Origin: a virus | Taxonomy: Duplodnaviria; Caudoviricetes | Direction: 5' to 3' (one strand) | Length of the DNA: 41,111 bases | Virus record (IMG/VR): IMGVR_UViG_3300027808_000061 | Location: 1 to 41,111 of that record | Shown here: positions 14,948-24,800 of the stretch, one piece after another | Layout of the letters: every line of letters starts with the position of its first letter | How positions within the stretch are numbered: position 1 is the stretch's first letter | Translations under genes and position numbers: made by a program | Notes under the pieces: model-generated | What the model saw: the letters and a program-made list of their open reading frames with translations, nothing else | The model's database searches: none | What the model was told of the DNA's origin: nothing

Positions 14948-17367
14948 CGGCCTATTTTTGTGTACGAGAATGTCTTTTTCTTCTTGCCCGTTGTGGTTGT
15001 GATAGTTGTTGTTGCCCCAACGGTAGTCACCGTTGTAACTGGTGTTGGCTTAAGCGGAACATTTGCGGACGGCTTCTTTGGAAGGTTAGCTGGGCTTCCA
15101 TCATTCCCTGGTGGAGGAGGTGGAGAGGCTTGGTCTTGTGGTTGCGACGGAGCAGATGGGCTGGTATCCATCTCCCCTGATGCCCCAGTAGCAAACGGGT
15201 CGTTGATTGGGACAGCAGAAAGGTGATTTGGTCCAGCGTCCGTAGTTGGTTCAAAAATGGTAGTGTCCACCTCAATCTTAGAAATTGGGCTTTGTTCTCT
15301 ATACGAAACCAACTCAAACTCTCGCTGGCTTTTGTTATAGAAATCAAACGACAGTTCTTCTGAGCCGTCCTCTCGTCCAACCCACTGCTGGCCGCGAAGC
15401 GTAACGTTTGTGTCAATGTCTACAATGCCGCGCTTAATTACGACTCGGATATCGTCACCCAACTTGTAATTTTTATACGGGATAACGGATCCGTCGACGA
15501 CCGCAAGATTAATGACTTTCAATCGCTCGGGGGCGGACTCGTTTAAGTTATAAGCAGCTCTCGCAGAAACAGAGTCTTGAGAAATAAGGTCTTCTTGGAC
15601 GTCAACGCGGTCGATGATACCGTACGTTGAAACAAGTGCCGACGTGGCATAGTCTGACCAAATTTTAGAAGACGAAGAACCAAAGATACTGGTTGCAATA
15701 AGAACAGCGCGAGTTCGTAAATTGCGGAAGTTTGGGCTATATGAGAACCGCTTAACATTCCAACCGTAGACAAGACGGATGTTGTTATTTGGAGTTGTGG
15801 AATGATTCATGTCAAGGAAGAACGAGTTGTAAGATTGCAAGTTGCTTTCAATCCTGTTACCAAAAACAACTTTGTTAGTTGTTCCTTCCTGGGCAATGGC
15901 AGTAATGTTAAACAAGAACTCGCCACGTTGCTCGCCAGCAGTAAAGATGTCGTACGTTTTTATAGACGGGCTGATTGTTGCTTCGACGTCAATAAACCCC
16001 AACCGGGAGTTAGCTGCGTTTTTAGCTGCGCTTAACTCCGACTGCCAAATTTCGGAGACCGTTTTGTTGTCGTATGATACAGTAGATGACGGATTGGCAA
16101 TGATTCCAGACACATCGGTTATGGTTTGGTTGAGCGCAGCCATGTAGTCAATGCCGTAAAACACGGTCTCATTGTCGGTTGCTTGATAGTCCTGTAGGAT
16201 ACCGCTACCAACTGTTCTGTAGACTGCGTCCTCTTCGTCCCATCGGTCAATGCGGTAGTGCCGCTCAAGTGGCAAGCACTGCGAGATCTGAGGGTGGTTG
16301 TACGGCAGAGTGAAAAACGATTCGCCGCCTTCGTTGAGATACGACGAAACTCCAATGTATTTTGCATCAGAAATTACCGCCTTGACTGTCCCTCGGCCAC
16401 GCCCTGTTCCAGTCATGTCCCACAACGTGATGCGGAATGGCGATTGGGAGTACCATCGTCCCTGCGCACCAGACAAGTTAATGCGGGTTGCGTTGGCAAC
16501 TTCCATTTCTGCTGTCCCAGAGATTGCGCTGGTGGCAGATGCAGTAATTGTCAGCGCACCAACAGTAGCAGCGGTGACTAAGCGCGAGGCAACGCCATTA
16601 ACAGCAGTAGCAGTTCCAGTGTTGGAAACTGTGCCAGCTCCGCTTTGGGCAAATGTAACCACCGATGCGTTCGTTGTATCTGCGGCAAGAGAAATGTTAC
16701 GAACCTCAGCAATGAGGTTAAGGTTATTCCCAGACGCAAGGGGGGCCGTTGATGAAGAGATGACGATGTGGTATGGCTGGATTGTGAAGGTAGTAGAACC
16801 GCTGGTTACGGTGGAGTTATATGCCCCTGTAATGGTGATGGAGCCGCCTGTCGTCGCCGTGACTGCGGCGGAGATGATGCCAGCAGCGGCAGTAGCGGTG
16901 GTCAGTCCAGCAACGGCACCAGCCCCCGTCTTGGTCAGAGTGATCGGGGTCGTGGAGTCGTTGGTCATAATCGCGCCCGTCGTATCCCGCAGCTCTGCGG
17001 TTAGGGTGCGCGAGAATCCAGCGGCAATCTCCGCCGTAGAAGAAGTGAAGACAATGTTGCGAGCAACGACGCTGAACGACTGCGTTCCGTCCGCCGTAGC
17101 GGTGCTGTAATGCGCCCTGATGTTTACCTGACCAATGCCAGCCGCTGTGACCACAGACGTGGCAATGCCAGCATCTGCTGTAGCACTTGCCGTGCCGATA
17201 GAAATGGTTCCAATTGATGTTGTGTCAACAGAGAAAGCGATGACGCCAGTGAAGGAAGTGTCAACCGTATTCGTCGCGCTGTCGTAGACAGCCGCCGAAA
17301 TGGTTCGTGTTCGGGTAAGAGTTAGGTCGGCAGTGCTGCTGGAAAACTGAATGTAGTTAAACGCCAT
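14944..17367 (-). CDS. tail hub/tip protein with three N-terminal Ig-like repeats and a Pro/Thr-rich tail
   Basis: Three ~95-aa beta repeats (I.FSSSTA...T.TA..G.A...VTA...G...I.A); core LNEGGESFFTLP...YGIIDRV...YKLGDDIRV resembles siphoviral Gp37-like minor tail proteins; TAATG start. Confidence 0.75.
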   Translation of the reverse strand: MAFNYIQFSSSTADLTLTRTRTISAAVYDSATNTVDTSFTGVIAFSVDTTSIGTISIGTASATADAGIATSVVTAAGIGQVNIRAHYSTATADGTQSFSVVARNIVFTSSTAEIAAGFSRTLTAELRDTTGAIMTNDSTTPITLTKTGAGAVAGLTTATAAAGIISAAVTATTGGSITITGAYNSTVTSGSTTFTIQPYHIVISSSTAPLASGNNLNLIAEVRNISLAADTTNASVVTFAQSGAGTVSNTGTATAVNGVASRLVTAATVGALTITASATSAISGTAEMEVANATRINLSGAQGRWYSQSPFRITLWDMTGTGRGRGTVKAVISDAKYIGVSSYLNEGGESFFTLPYNHPQISQCLPLERHYRIDRWDEEDAVYRTVGSGILQDYQATDNETVFYGIDYMAALNQTITDVSGIIANPSSTVSYDNKTVSEIWQSELSAAKNAANSRLGFIDVEATISPSIKTYDIFTAGEQRGEFLFNITAIAQEGTTNKVVFGNRIESNLQSYNSFFLDMNHSTTPNNNIRLVYGWNVKRFSYSPNFRNLRTRAVLIATSIFGSSSSKIWSDYATSALVSTYGIIDRVDVQEDLISQDSVSARAAYNLNESAPERLKVINLAVVDGSVIPYKNYKLGDDIRVVIKRGIVDIDTNVTLRGQQWVGREDGSEELSFDFYNKSQREFELVSYREQSPISKIEVDTTIFEPTTDAGPNHLSAVPINDPFATGASGEMDTSPSAPSQPQDQASPPPPPGNDGSPANLPKKPSANVPLKPTPVTTVTTVGATTTITTTTGKKKKTFSYTKIGR

Positions 17368-18335
17368 TAGTACCACGCCTCACGGTATGTCGCGGTAATA
17401 AGCCCGAGAGTGTTCCCAGTGTAAGATGTTGTAAGAACGGTTGCCGCATCATCCGTAGGCGGGATAGTTCCAAAATTATAGACCGCAGTATCAATCACGT
17501 CTTGTCTAAGGGTCGTAACGTACGATCCTCCCGAAGTAGATCTAAGTCCGCGAAGAACGGTTTGGTTTTCGAAGTTAACGTACCATCGGACTTCGTTTGT
17601 CGACGTTTTCTGGATAAAGTCCAGGTTGTTTAGTTTGAGAACCTGAGAGTCCATCGTAAATGTTACGGACGCGACAGTTGCAGCCGCATACGATACTGCC
17701 GAGGAATAGATTAGCTCAAACGTTGGGTAAGCAACAGCCGATCCAAGATTTGGAAATGAAGTACTGGCAGAAGATACCGTGATAGAGATACTTCGCTCAG
17801 TGGCGGAATATCGATACGGCGCTTTTGCCAACAGCGTAAAGCCAACCGTTGCAGCAAATCCTTTAGAGGATGCCCCAATTGATTGGGATGACGTTAGCGT
17901 AACCGTTGGGATAGTTGCTGGACGAACAAGCATCATCATTGGAACAAACCCAGTAGAATAGTTTGCAGTGTCAATAGTAGCTTGAGAAAACGCTAACTGC
18001 CGGAACCCGTAGTCTGCTTCGTAAGTCCTAGGGATTGGGCGCATTGCGTCGAGGAAGGCTTGAACCTTATCGCCAAGGTCACCGCTTGATGTACCGAATA
18101 CTCCGCAAACAATAGACAATGTGCGGGTACCAATATAAGTGTCTGCAATGTCGGCACCATCACGGAGCGCCCGTTTGTCGACGTATCCTACAAGTGGGGC
18201 TTCGTTGAATCGCGCAGACAGCACTTTATACCCACCGCGAGCAGCAGGTGTAGTAACGTCAGAAACGGCAATGCTGTTAAAGTCAATGGTTGACCCACCA
18301 GCAACCTGATAAGTAATTGGTCGATTAAAATCCAT
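17367..18335 (-). CDS. tail component, distal-tail (Dit)-like
   Basis: DGA..ADTY.GTRTLSI..GV.G...DL pattern, L.A..PYRYS, N.GS..AYP, ends YREAWY; precedes the hub gene. Confidence 0.6.
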   Translation of the reverse strand: MDFNRPITYQVAGGSTIDFNSIAVSDVTTPAARGGYKVLSARFNEAPLVGYVDKRALRDGADIADTYIGTRTLSIVCGVFGTSSGDLGDKVQAFLDAMRPIPRTYEADYGFRQLAFSQATIDTANYSTGFVPMMMLVRPATIPTVTLTSSQSIGASSKGFAATVGFTLLAKAPYRYSATERSISITVSSASTSFPNLGSAVAYPTFELIYSSAVSYAAATVASVTFTMDSQVLKLNNLDFIQKTSTNEVRWYVNFENQTVLRGLRSTSGGSYVTTLRQDVIDTAVYNFGTIPPTDDAATVLTTSYTGNTLGLITATYREAWY

Positions 18336-18970
18336 TATCCGAGCCTCCGCATTTTGCGGAGACGGGCTTCCTCCCGTTTGACGCGTTGCTGGTTAGACAG
18401 TGCAATCTGGTTCATGGACAAAGCTGACACGTCAGAGTTTCCAGACTGGACTTGCCACTGTTGAAACGCTACTCGGTCGGAAAGCAATCGGTTAAAAGCT
18501 TCCGCCTGAGCCCACACTCGAACAGCATTGATGGCAGAGGTATCCATGTCTGTCGTAGATGTGCTAGAAGACAATTGAATAAACGTGCTGTATCCAAAAA
18601 TGCGAAGCGTACCTGGAGAAGAAAGGGTGTAGTGCGGAGGAAAAAAGACAATGTTGTTGTGAATTTCCCATCCAGAGTTTGGACCATCTGAAGTGGTGGG
18701 TAAAACTGTTTCCTTAAATTTTCCTGCAGCATCATATGCGTCGACTCTAAATGGCCATGAAACATCCGTTGCTGCAACAGAAAACACAGAGCCAGAAATT
18801 GGTTGAGTAAACGCTGTTGTTTGAATTGCTTCCTTTGGGTAAAATCCATTGACCCAGTCAATACCAGAGTTGATTAAATCATCAACCTCTGAGTCTGACC
18901 AGGTTGCACCGTTTGCGTCACGAAGATCCCTGCGGACCATCGTTCGAAGACTGCTGAGTGTTTCTGCCAT
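18335..18970 (-). CDS. head-tail adaptor / neck protein
   Basis: TLSSLRTMVRRDLRD...WSDSEVDDLINSG is a typical adaptor N-terminus. Confidence 0.65.
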   Translation of the reverse strand: MAETLSSLRTMVRRDLRDANGATWSDSEVDDLINSGIDWVNGFYPKEAIQTTAFTQPISGSVFSVAATDVSWPFRVDAYDAAGKFKETVLPTTSDGPNSGWEIHNNIVFFPPHYTLSSPGTLRIFGYSTFIQLSSSTSTTDMDTSAINAVRVWAQAEAFNRLLSDRVAFQQWQVQSGNSDVSALSMNQIALSNQQRVKREEARLRKMRRLG

Positions 18971-20192
18971 GCTTCCAAATCCCCTTATGCTCTACTGCCC
19001 ATTTGAAGGCATCGGCCCATTCCTTGGCCCGATCCTTATAGTCGTATTCTTTAAGCACTCGTTCTTTAGCGGCGCCTGCAAGCTGATCCCGCAGGTCCTT
19101 GCTTCTAACTAAACTCTTTACTGCGTCAAACCATTGCTGTCGACCACGGACAACGAGTCCGTCAACGCCGTGGTTGACCATTGAGTAGGGGGCTTCTCCG
19201 TACTTGAATCCTTCGCCAATGAATGCCGCCCCAACCATTGCGTATTCCAGCCAATGGAGTTCTGATTTGCAGCGGTCAAAGTCATCCCCTCCGAGCGGCG
19301 CAATCCCAATGTCTGCGTGGCTTCCTGCCAGCGTTTGGGAGAACTGTCGGATGTTCTCAACGTAGGGATACGCCTCATCAAAGAACGGGACAATGACGTG
19401 TTCCGTCCCTGGGTTAACGCCGATGAAGACATTCCAGAGTTCCTTACGAAGGTCCTCTATCGCTTTACCAGCGTATCCGCCTTCCCACTTTCCGCCAACA
19501 CCGCTGGGGTATCCAGCGTAGTCACGCATTCGCGCCGTGCTGCCGTAATAGACCACGCGTGGTTTGCTACCACCGTGTTCTGGGCGAGTAGCATCTGTTG
19601 TATAAATCGAAGGATCAATTGCATTTCTAATCACCTGAATGTTTTCGTTGAGATGTGAATACGCATCCTTGATTGGACCCGTGCTGACAGTAACGAGGTC
19701 AGCCCTCCGTGCCATCCGTTCAATAAGCGGTCGCTCTGCCTGAACGTCTGGGTGGTATCCATTCCACGTACGGATCTGGAAGTGATTGTCGTCCGTCTCG
19801 TAGATGACCGCTTTATTAAATGTTTCAGACTCAAAGGCTGGCCACATCCACTCAGTGATGGCGTCGCGAAACTCCATCTTGTGTGGGTGTACCTGAATGG
19901 CGGCTGGATCTTTTGTCGCCGCGCCACAGGTGTTGCACTTGGCGGAGCAGTTGTAGTAGCGGCGGAACATCACAATGTCTGCCCAGTCAATGTCGCTGGT
20001 GTCTACCGACAGCAGACCTTTTCGCATCGCCTCATCCTGGGAGAGGCCCTGTGCGCCATCCTTGGCAATGAAGTTGACTTTGTCAATGTGCTTGACGTTG
20101 ATGCCCATCTTTTTCCACTCTTCGTCATACATATGACCACGGAAATAAGCGCAAGGACCTTGTTCGGCAGTGCCCCAAACTAATACATTCAT
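18918..20192 (-). CDS. glycosyltransferase, GT-B fold
   Basis: CAYFR, YETDD, ADLVTVST, VIRNAID, DIGIAPL..DDFDRCKSELHWLEYAMVG, HGVDGLVV. Confidence 0.9.
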   Translation of the reverse strand: MNVLVWGTAEQGPCAYFRGHMYDEEWKKMGINVKHIDKVNFIAKDGAQGLSQDEAMRKGLLSVDTSDIDWADIVMFRRYYNCSAKCNTCGAATKDPAAIQVHPHKMEFRDAITEWMWPAFESETFNKAVIYETDDNHFQIRTWNGYHPDVQAERPLIERMARRADLVTVSTGPIKDAYSHLNENIQVIRNAIDPSIYTTDATRPEHGGSKPRVVYYGSTARMRDYAGYPSGVGGKWEGGYAGKAIEDLRKELWNVFIGVNPGTEHVIVPFFDEAYPYVENIRQFSQTLAGSHADIGIAPLGGDDFDRCKSELHWLEYAMVGAAFIGEGFKYGEAPYSMVNHGVDGLVVRGRQQWFDAVKSLVRSKDLRDQLAGAAKERVLKEYDYKDRAKEWADAFKWAVEHKGIWKHGRNTQQSSNDGPQGSS

Positions 20193-20231
20193 CTTACTCC
20201 TCTGGGTATTTAGGCATGATTGCCCAGAGTT

Positions 20232-20273
20232 ATTCTAGTAGGGTTTCCCCCCGATGTCAAGCGACATCGGGGG
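20232..20273 (-). promoter_or_regulatory. promoter whose -35 box sits in an 11-bp inverted repeat after the capsid gene
   Basis: TTGACA (20260-20255), 17 bp, TAGAAT (20237-20232); stem CCCCCGATGTC-aagc-GACATCGGGGG (20248-20273). Confidence 0.7.
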
Positions 20274-20292
20274 TACTCACCTGTCTAAACGA

Positions 20293-21264
20293 TTAGACGG
20301 CGACTGTTGCCTGCGTCTTCAGGATGCGATAACGGGCGCCAGCCTCATCGAGGAGGAGGGAGCCGAAGCGCATCTTGTAGCCGACCAGTGCCTTCTGAGC
20401 GAGCGGATCAGTATGATCGCCGCCTGGAGCCACGAAGTACGACTGAAGCGTCTGCGAATCGCCAATCGTGTAAGCGTCTGGTCCGAGGAACAGAGCGTTG
20501 TACACGTTGCCGCTCGAAGCACCAGCGGTCGCGTAGACCTTGGCGTCCGAAGACACAATAAAGCGCACGCCAGCAAACATACCAATCTCATTCGTGAGAA
20601 GTGGCATCTGGTTGACGTACTTGTTTGCTTCGATCCAGCCGTTTACCGAAGTGTCTGACACAAGGTCATACTCCTGTGAAGGGTGGATGATGCAGCGGAA
20701 CGTGCCATCAGCGAACTGTGGAACGTTGCTGCCCTTGAGCCGAGCAACCATCTGCTTCACGAACGCTCCCGTCAACACACCAGCAGCGGCAACAGCCGAG
20801 TTAGCAGTGTTTGCGGTAAGCGTCGTTGCGCCAGTGGCGCCAAAGATTGCGCTCGTCTTTGCGGTGCTGTGAATCTCGTCGCGGACAAGAACGTCCATCG
20901 AGCGGGTCGCATTGTAAGCAATGCGCTCTGCAGCGATAGAAATCAGGTCATGCGGCGAGTCGATCTGAGCAAGGTCAGAGACTGCAACCGTCGCACCGAA
21001 CTGTGCAGCGGTGAAGTACTCGGACGAAATGGTCAGAGCGCCATCGGTTGGAGCGGTACCTTCCGTAAGCGCCGTGGTGTTGACCGCAAGGTCAGCATAA
21101 CGTGCGTAACGAAGGGTATTCGTTCCCTTAATGAAGCGAGCAGGGACGTAAAGCCCTGGCATCGCATGAACGGCTCGTGCTCGCAGTTCCTCTTGCGCTC
21201 GTGCAGAAACAAGTTCCTGTACGAGATCAGAAAAACCTGAGGTTGCCGTAGTGGTGGTAGCCAT
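20293..21264 (-). CDS. major capsid protein (N4-gp56-like, HK97 fold)
   Basis: TLRYARY, LTEGT.P, QFG..V.VSD, CIIHP.Q.YDL, NEIGMFAGVRFI, DPL.Q...GYK; AAAGGAG RBS; follows the scaffold gene. Confidence 0.92.
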   Translation of the reverse strand: MATTTTATSGFSDLVQELVSARAQEELRARAVHAMPGLYVPARFIKGTNTLRYARYADLAVNTTALTEGTAPTDGALTISSEYFTAAQFGATVAVSDLAQIDSPHDLISIAAERIAYNATRSMDVLVRDEIHSTAKTSAIFGATGATTLTANTANSAVAAAGVLTGAFVKQMVARLKGSNVPQFADGTFRCIIHPSQEYDLVSDTSVNGWIEANKYVNQMPLLTNEIGMFAGVRFIVSSDAKVYATAGASSGNVYNALFLGPDAYTIGDSQTLQSYFVAPGGDHTDPLAQKALVGYKMRFGSLLLDEAGARYRILKTQATVAV

Positions 21265-21280
21265 CTACATTCTCCTTTGT

Positions 21281-21838
21281 TTATCTACTAAATGGATTGC
21301 CAAGAGCCTTCAATCGATCACTGATTTCAGCACTCGTTGACGTTGATTTCTCCACTACTGGCTCTCGTCGTGGATTATTTGGATCAATTCGAGGCTCCGA
21401 CTCAACCTCAGAAACGCGGGAAGCAAGGAACTTTTCAAAGGCGGCCGCTCGGCCCTCTTCATCCAAGTTCACAGTGTCCTGGCGAAACTGTGCGTAGAGT
21501 GGGTGCTGCCTCGATAGCCGCTCCTGACGAGCTTCATCCTGCTGTTTAGCAAGAGTCTCCTCAAGCGTCTTGATCTTAAGTTGAGCCTTGTCGTATTCCG
21601 AAAGGTTCTTCTCTTCGATCTCAGCCTTCCACCTCTTCAGGTCATCGGCTTCCTTACGGATAGCATCGAGTTCCTTCTTGGTGGCGGTCAGGGCTTGGTC
21701 CTTACCAGCCAGCCGCTTCTTATAAGTGGCGACATCTTCACCCTCAGCCTGAGTGAGCGTGTCCTCAGCAGGGGCCGTAGCCTCTGCTGGAACTTGAGCT
21801 GACTCTACTGGAGCTTGTGCCACGACTTCATCCGGCAT
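21281..21838 (-). CDS. capsid scaffolding protein
   Basis: Acidic N-terminus and coiled coil (KNLSEYDKAQ), directly upstream of MCP; AGGAG RBS before ATG 21838. Confidence 0.75.
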   Translation of the reverse strand: MPDEVVAQAPVESAQVPAEATAPAEDTLTQAEGEDVATYKKRLAGKDQALTATKKELDAIRKEADDLKRWKAEIEEKNLSEYDKAQLKIKTLEETLAKQQDEARQERLSRQHPLYAQFRQDTVNLDEEGRAAAFEKFLASRVSEVESEPRIDPNNPRREPVVEKSTSTSAEISDRLKALGNPFSR

Positions 21839-21877
21839 TACTGTACTCCTATCTATTACCACCCAGATTTTCTGGGT

Positions 21878-24800
21878 TTAATTCTTTCCTTGCAGAATGT
21901 CTGTAATGTTCAGACTATCTGGGGCCAAATCCGCGACCGGATTCTGTGTGAATATCTGGTTTGCAGCATTGAATCCAAGTCGCCACGACCCAGGTAGCGA
22001 AGCAGATACAACCTGATTGAATCCCTCTTGTGGGAAACGTCCAACATCAAACCCTTCTCCAGCCATACCCTTGGCCACGCCCAACTTTCGCACCGTTGAG
22101 GAGAGACCAAACCCAATGTTGTCTGGGGTGTATGGAAGAAGCCAGTTAATAAGAATCCAGGCTTCTGGATTGTCTTGAATCCATGAGCTAAACTCTGGAT
22201 CGTATTGCGTTGCTGCAACCGTAGCCTCTGCCGTAATCCTCAGTGCCTCAACGCCAAGGAACGGGCGTGTCCCGCCAAGCGCCTTAGCAAATGGGGTTGC
22301 AACAAGCAATCGAGTAAACTCTGGGATAACCTTTCCTACCATGTAGGAGAGTGGATAAAGCGCAAGCAGTGGGTGGTTAAGACTTCGCTCAATCCACGGA
22401 CGGTTAGGGTCGAAGTAAATTGCCCTCTGCGCACGCTTGCCCTCGTCAGCAGCCGCCTTACGGAATCCTGCTACAATGTTCTGATACGACTGAACTTCTG
22501 CGTCAGTCTTTCCTACTGTCTTATACATAAAGTCAGGAGGGGCCATCATATTTTCAATTGAATCGTATTGGTTAGTTGTCTTTTTAAATCCAAGCTTATA
22601 ATAAAATGCCTTAGAGCTATCTGTTACATCATGGACATACATCCCGATACCCTCAGCCTTAGCTGCTCGATGGGCATCAGCAAGCAGTGCAGACCCAGTC
22701 CCGCCACCTTTCTGGAACGCGCCAAGGTGTGTGACGGCAATGTTATCTAGAATGTCTTCTCCAGTAAGTCCAGCACGAAGCTTCTCTGGGACAAACAAGG
22801 CAAAGCCAGAGATGTTCCCATCAGCGTCATATGCGACCTTCCACTTCGCGGCCTTGCGAACCTTTGGGTCCCACATGAAGTACCTATTCAAACCGTCCTT
22901 TAGAACTGAGAATGCAGTCCCTGCCTGTTCGCTCTGCTTAAGAGTCTTGATGTACTCACGGCCTTGGTCAGGGAACACCTGGAATCCATTTTTAAAGTTT
23001 CTAATATCTATGGTACCGTTTTTTAGGTTACCCTCAATATCATCAAAAATGTCAGATATATCTTCTTCATTAAAACCAATTTTTCCGTAGGAGTTTTTTG
23101 ATTTTTCAACATAAAATTTAGCATCTGGCTTGCCAGAATAGAACTCTTCTGGGTTTGGATTTCTATTAAGATAATCTTTCTTTTTTGCAGGATTGTTTTT
23201 AACAGCATTCCAGTCTGGAAGTTCTTCTTCTAAGGCAAAAAGTCTTTCTTCCTCTACCCTCTTTGCGGCAGTTTCCCAGGTGTCGTCATAGTTAAACATG
23301 TGACGAGCAATTGCACGACCTTTTGGTGTTGCAAGCATTTCTTGTGAGATAGATTTTGACCCGCCATAATAATCTTCTATAGCCTGAATTGCTGATACCT
23401 CATCACGTTTGTAGCTTGAAAGTGGCCTTGGTCCAGTGGCCTTAGTCCCAACAGACCTAGCCCTATCAACCGTTGCAGACATATGCTTGTTCAAAAGTCC
23501 TTGAATGTCAGAAACAGCCCCCTGCTCATCCCACCATTTTCCATCAAAACCCGAGCTTCCGCCAGTCTTTGTTTTAACTTCTCCAAAATCCTTAAGAACT
23601 CTTGCCGTTGCATCAGCAACGTCTTTCTTTGTTGGATTTTTCCCAAGTTCCTTTATTGCCTTTGCAAGCATCGCATCTTGGTCTGCACTTTTCTTTTCAA
23701 AGAAAAGTGTTCTAGCATCATCTATCGAAACATTTTCTTTAACTGCCATTTTTAGTATGCCTTTGTTATAATTGTCTGCACCATACTGAAATAGCTCTTC
23801 TAGTGTTTTACCTTCCTTTTTAAAAGCTTCTTGCTCAAAAGCTTCTTGCTCGGCAGTAAGATTATAATCGTCAACAACATCATCAACAACATTATCAGCA
23901 GAATCAAAATCAGTAAAGTCGTCAAGGAGCTGCTTCAGGTCCTCTGGGTCATCCAGCTCTAGAATTTCACCGCCAGCGTCAACAAACCTTTTTTCGTTGA
24001 CAGCAACTTCTGTTGCAACAACTCCACGGCTAGTAAACCCTCGCATCATTGCAACATCGACACCAGCATCCATCAGCCTTTGTGCTGACACTGGGTCAGT
24101 TCGGCCAATAAAGTCAAGACCAATAATATGCATAACGTCTTCTGGTTCTGACGTTCCAAAGAACCTCTCTAGGTTTGGAAGCTCTTCTGGAAGGTGCTCG
24201 GCAAATACGCGATTAGCTCGAAGCGAAGCACCGCGAGAAATCATTGCCTGCATGGTTCGTTTCTTTCGATCAGTTACCGCAAGGATGCCGTTCTTCATGG
24301 AAAGACGTACGTCCTTAAACTCGGCGTTTCCTCGGGCAAAACTTCCAATGGCCTCCCAGAACGTAGGAGCCTTAGTCCCCATCTGTTGAGCAGTCTGATT
24401 TCCAGCAACCATGAAGACCGTCTGTGCATCGCCAACTTCTCGGACAGCGGCGTACTCTCCAATGATTGCACGAGTTCGAATATCATTCTTTGTAAGTCCA
24501 GCAATACGTTCTTCACGTACGCCAGCGCCAGTGGTAAACCTAAAGAACACTGGCTCAATGTTTTCTTGGATGTATTGGAATTGTGGAGCAAGTGTACCGA
24601 ATCGGCTTGCTGGGTAAAACCTGTCGGTAACGATTGCGATCTTAGGGAACTGCATCTTTATCCGCGACGTAAGCGCAGGCATGATACCAATGTCATCAAT
24701 ATGCCCAGCATACGCCCTCATCAACCCATTGAAGACTTGTGTCCACGCCTCCTCTACTGGAACTCCAGCCTTTGCGGCAATGCGCGCAAGAGCTTCTTTT

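Noticed and set aside
16298-17110. 270-aa + strand ORF
   Set aside because: Antisense shadow of the Thr/Ala-rich Ig repeats.
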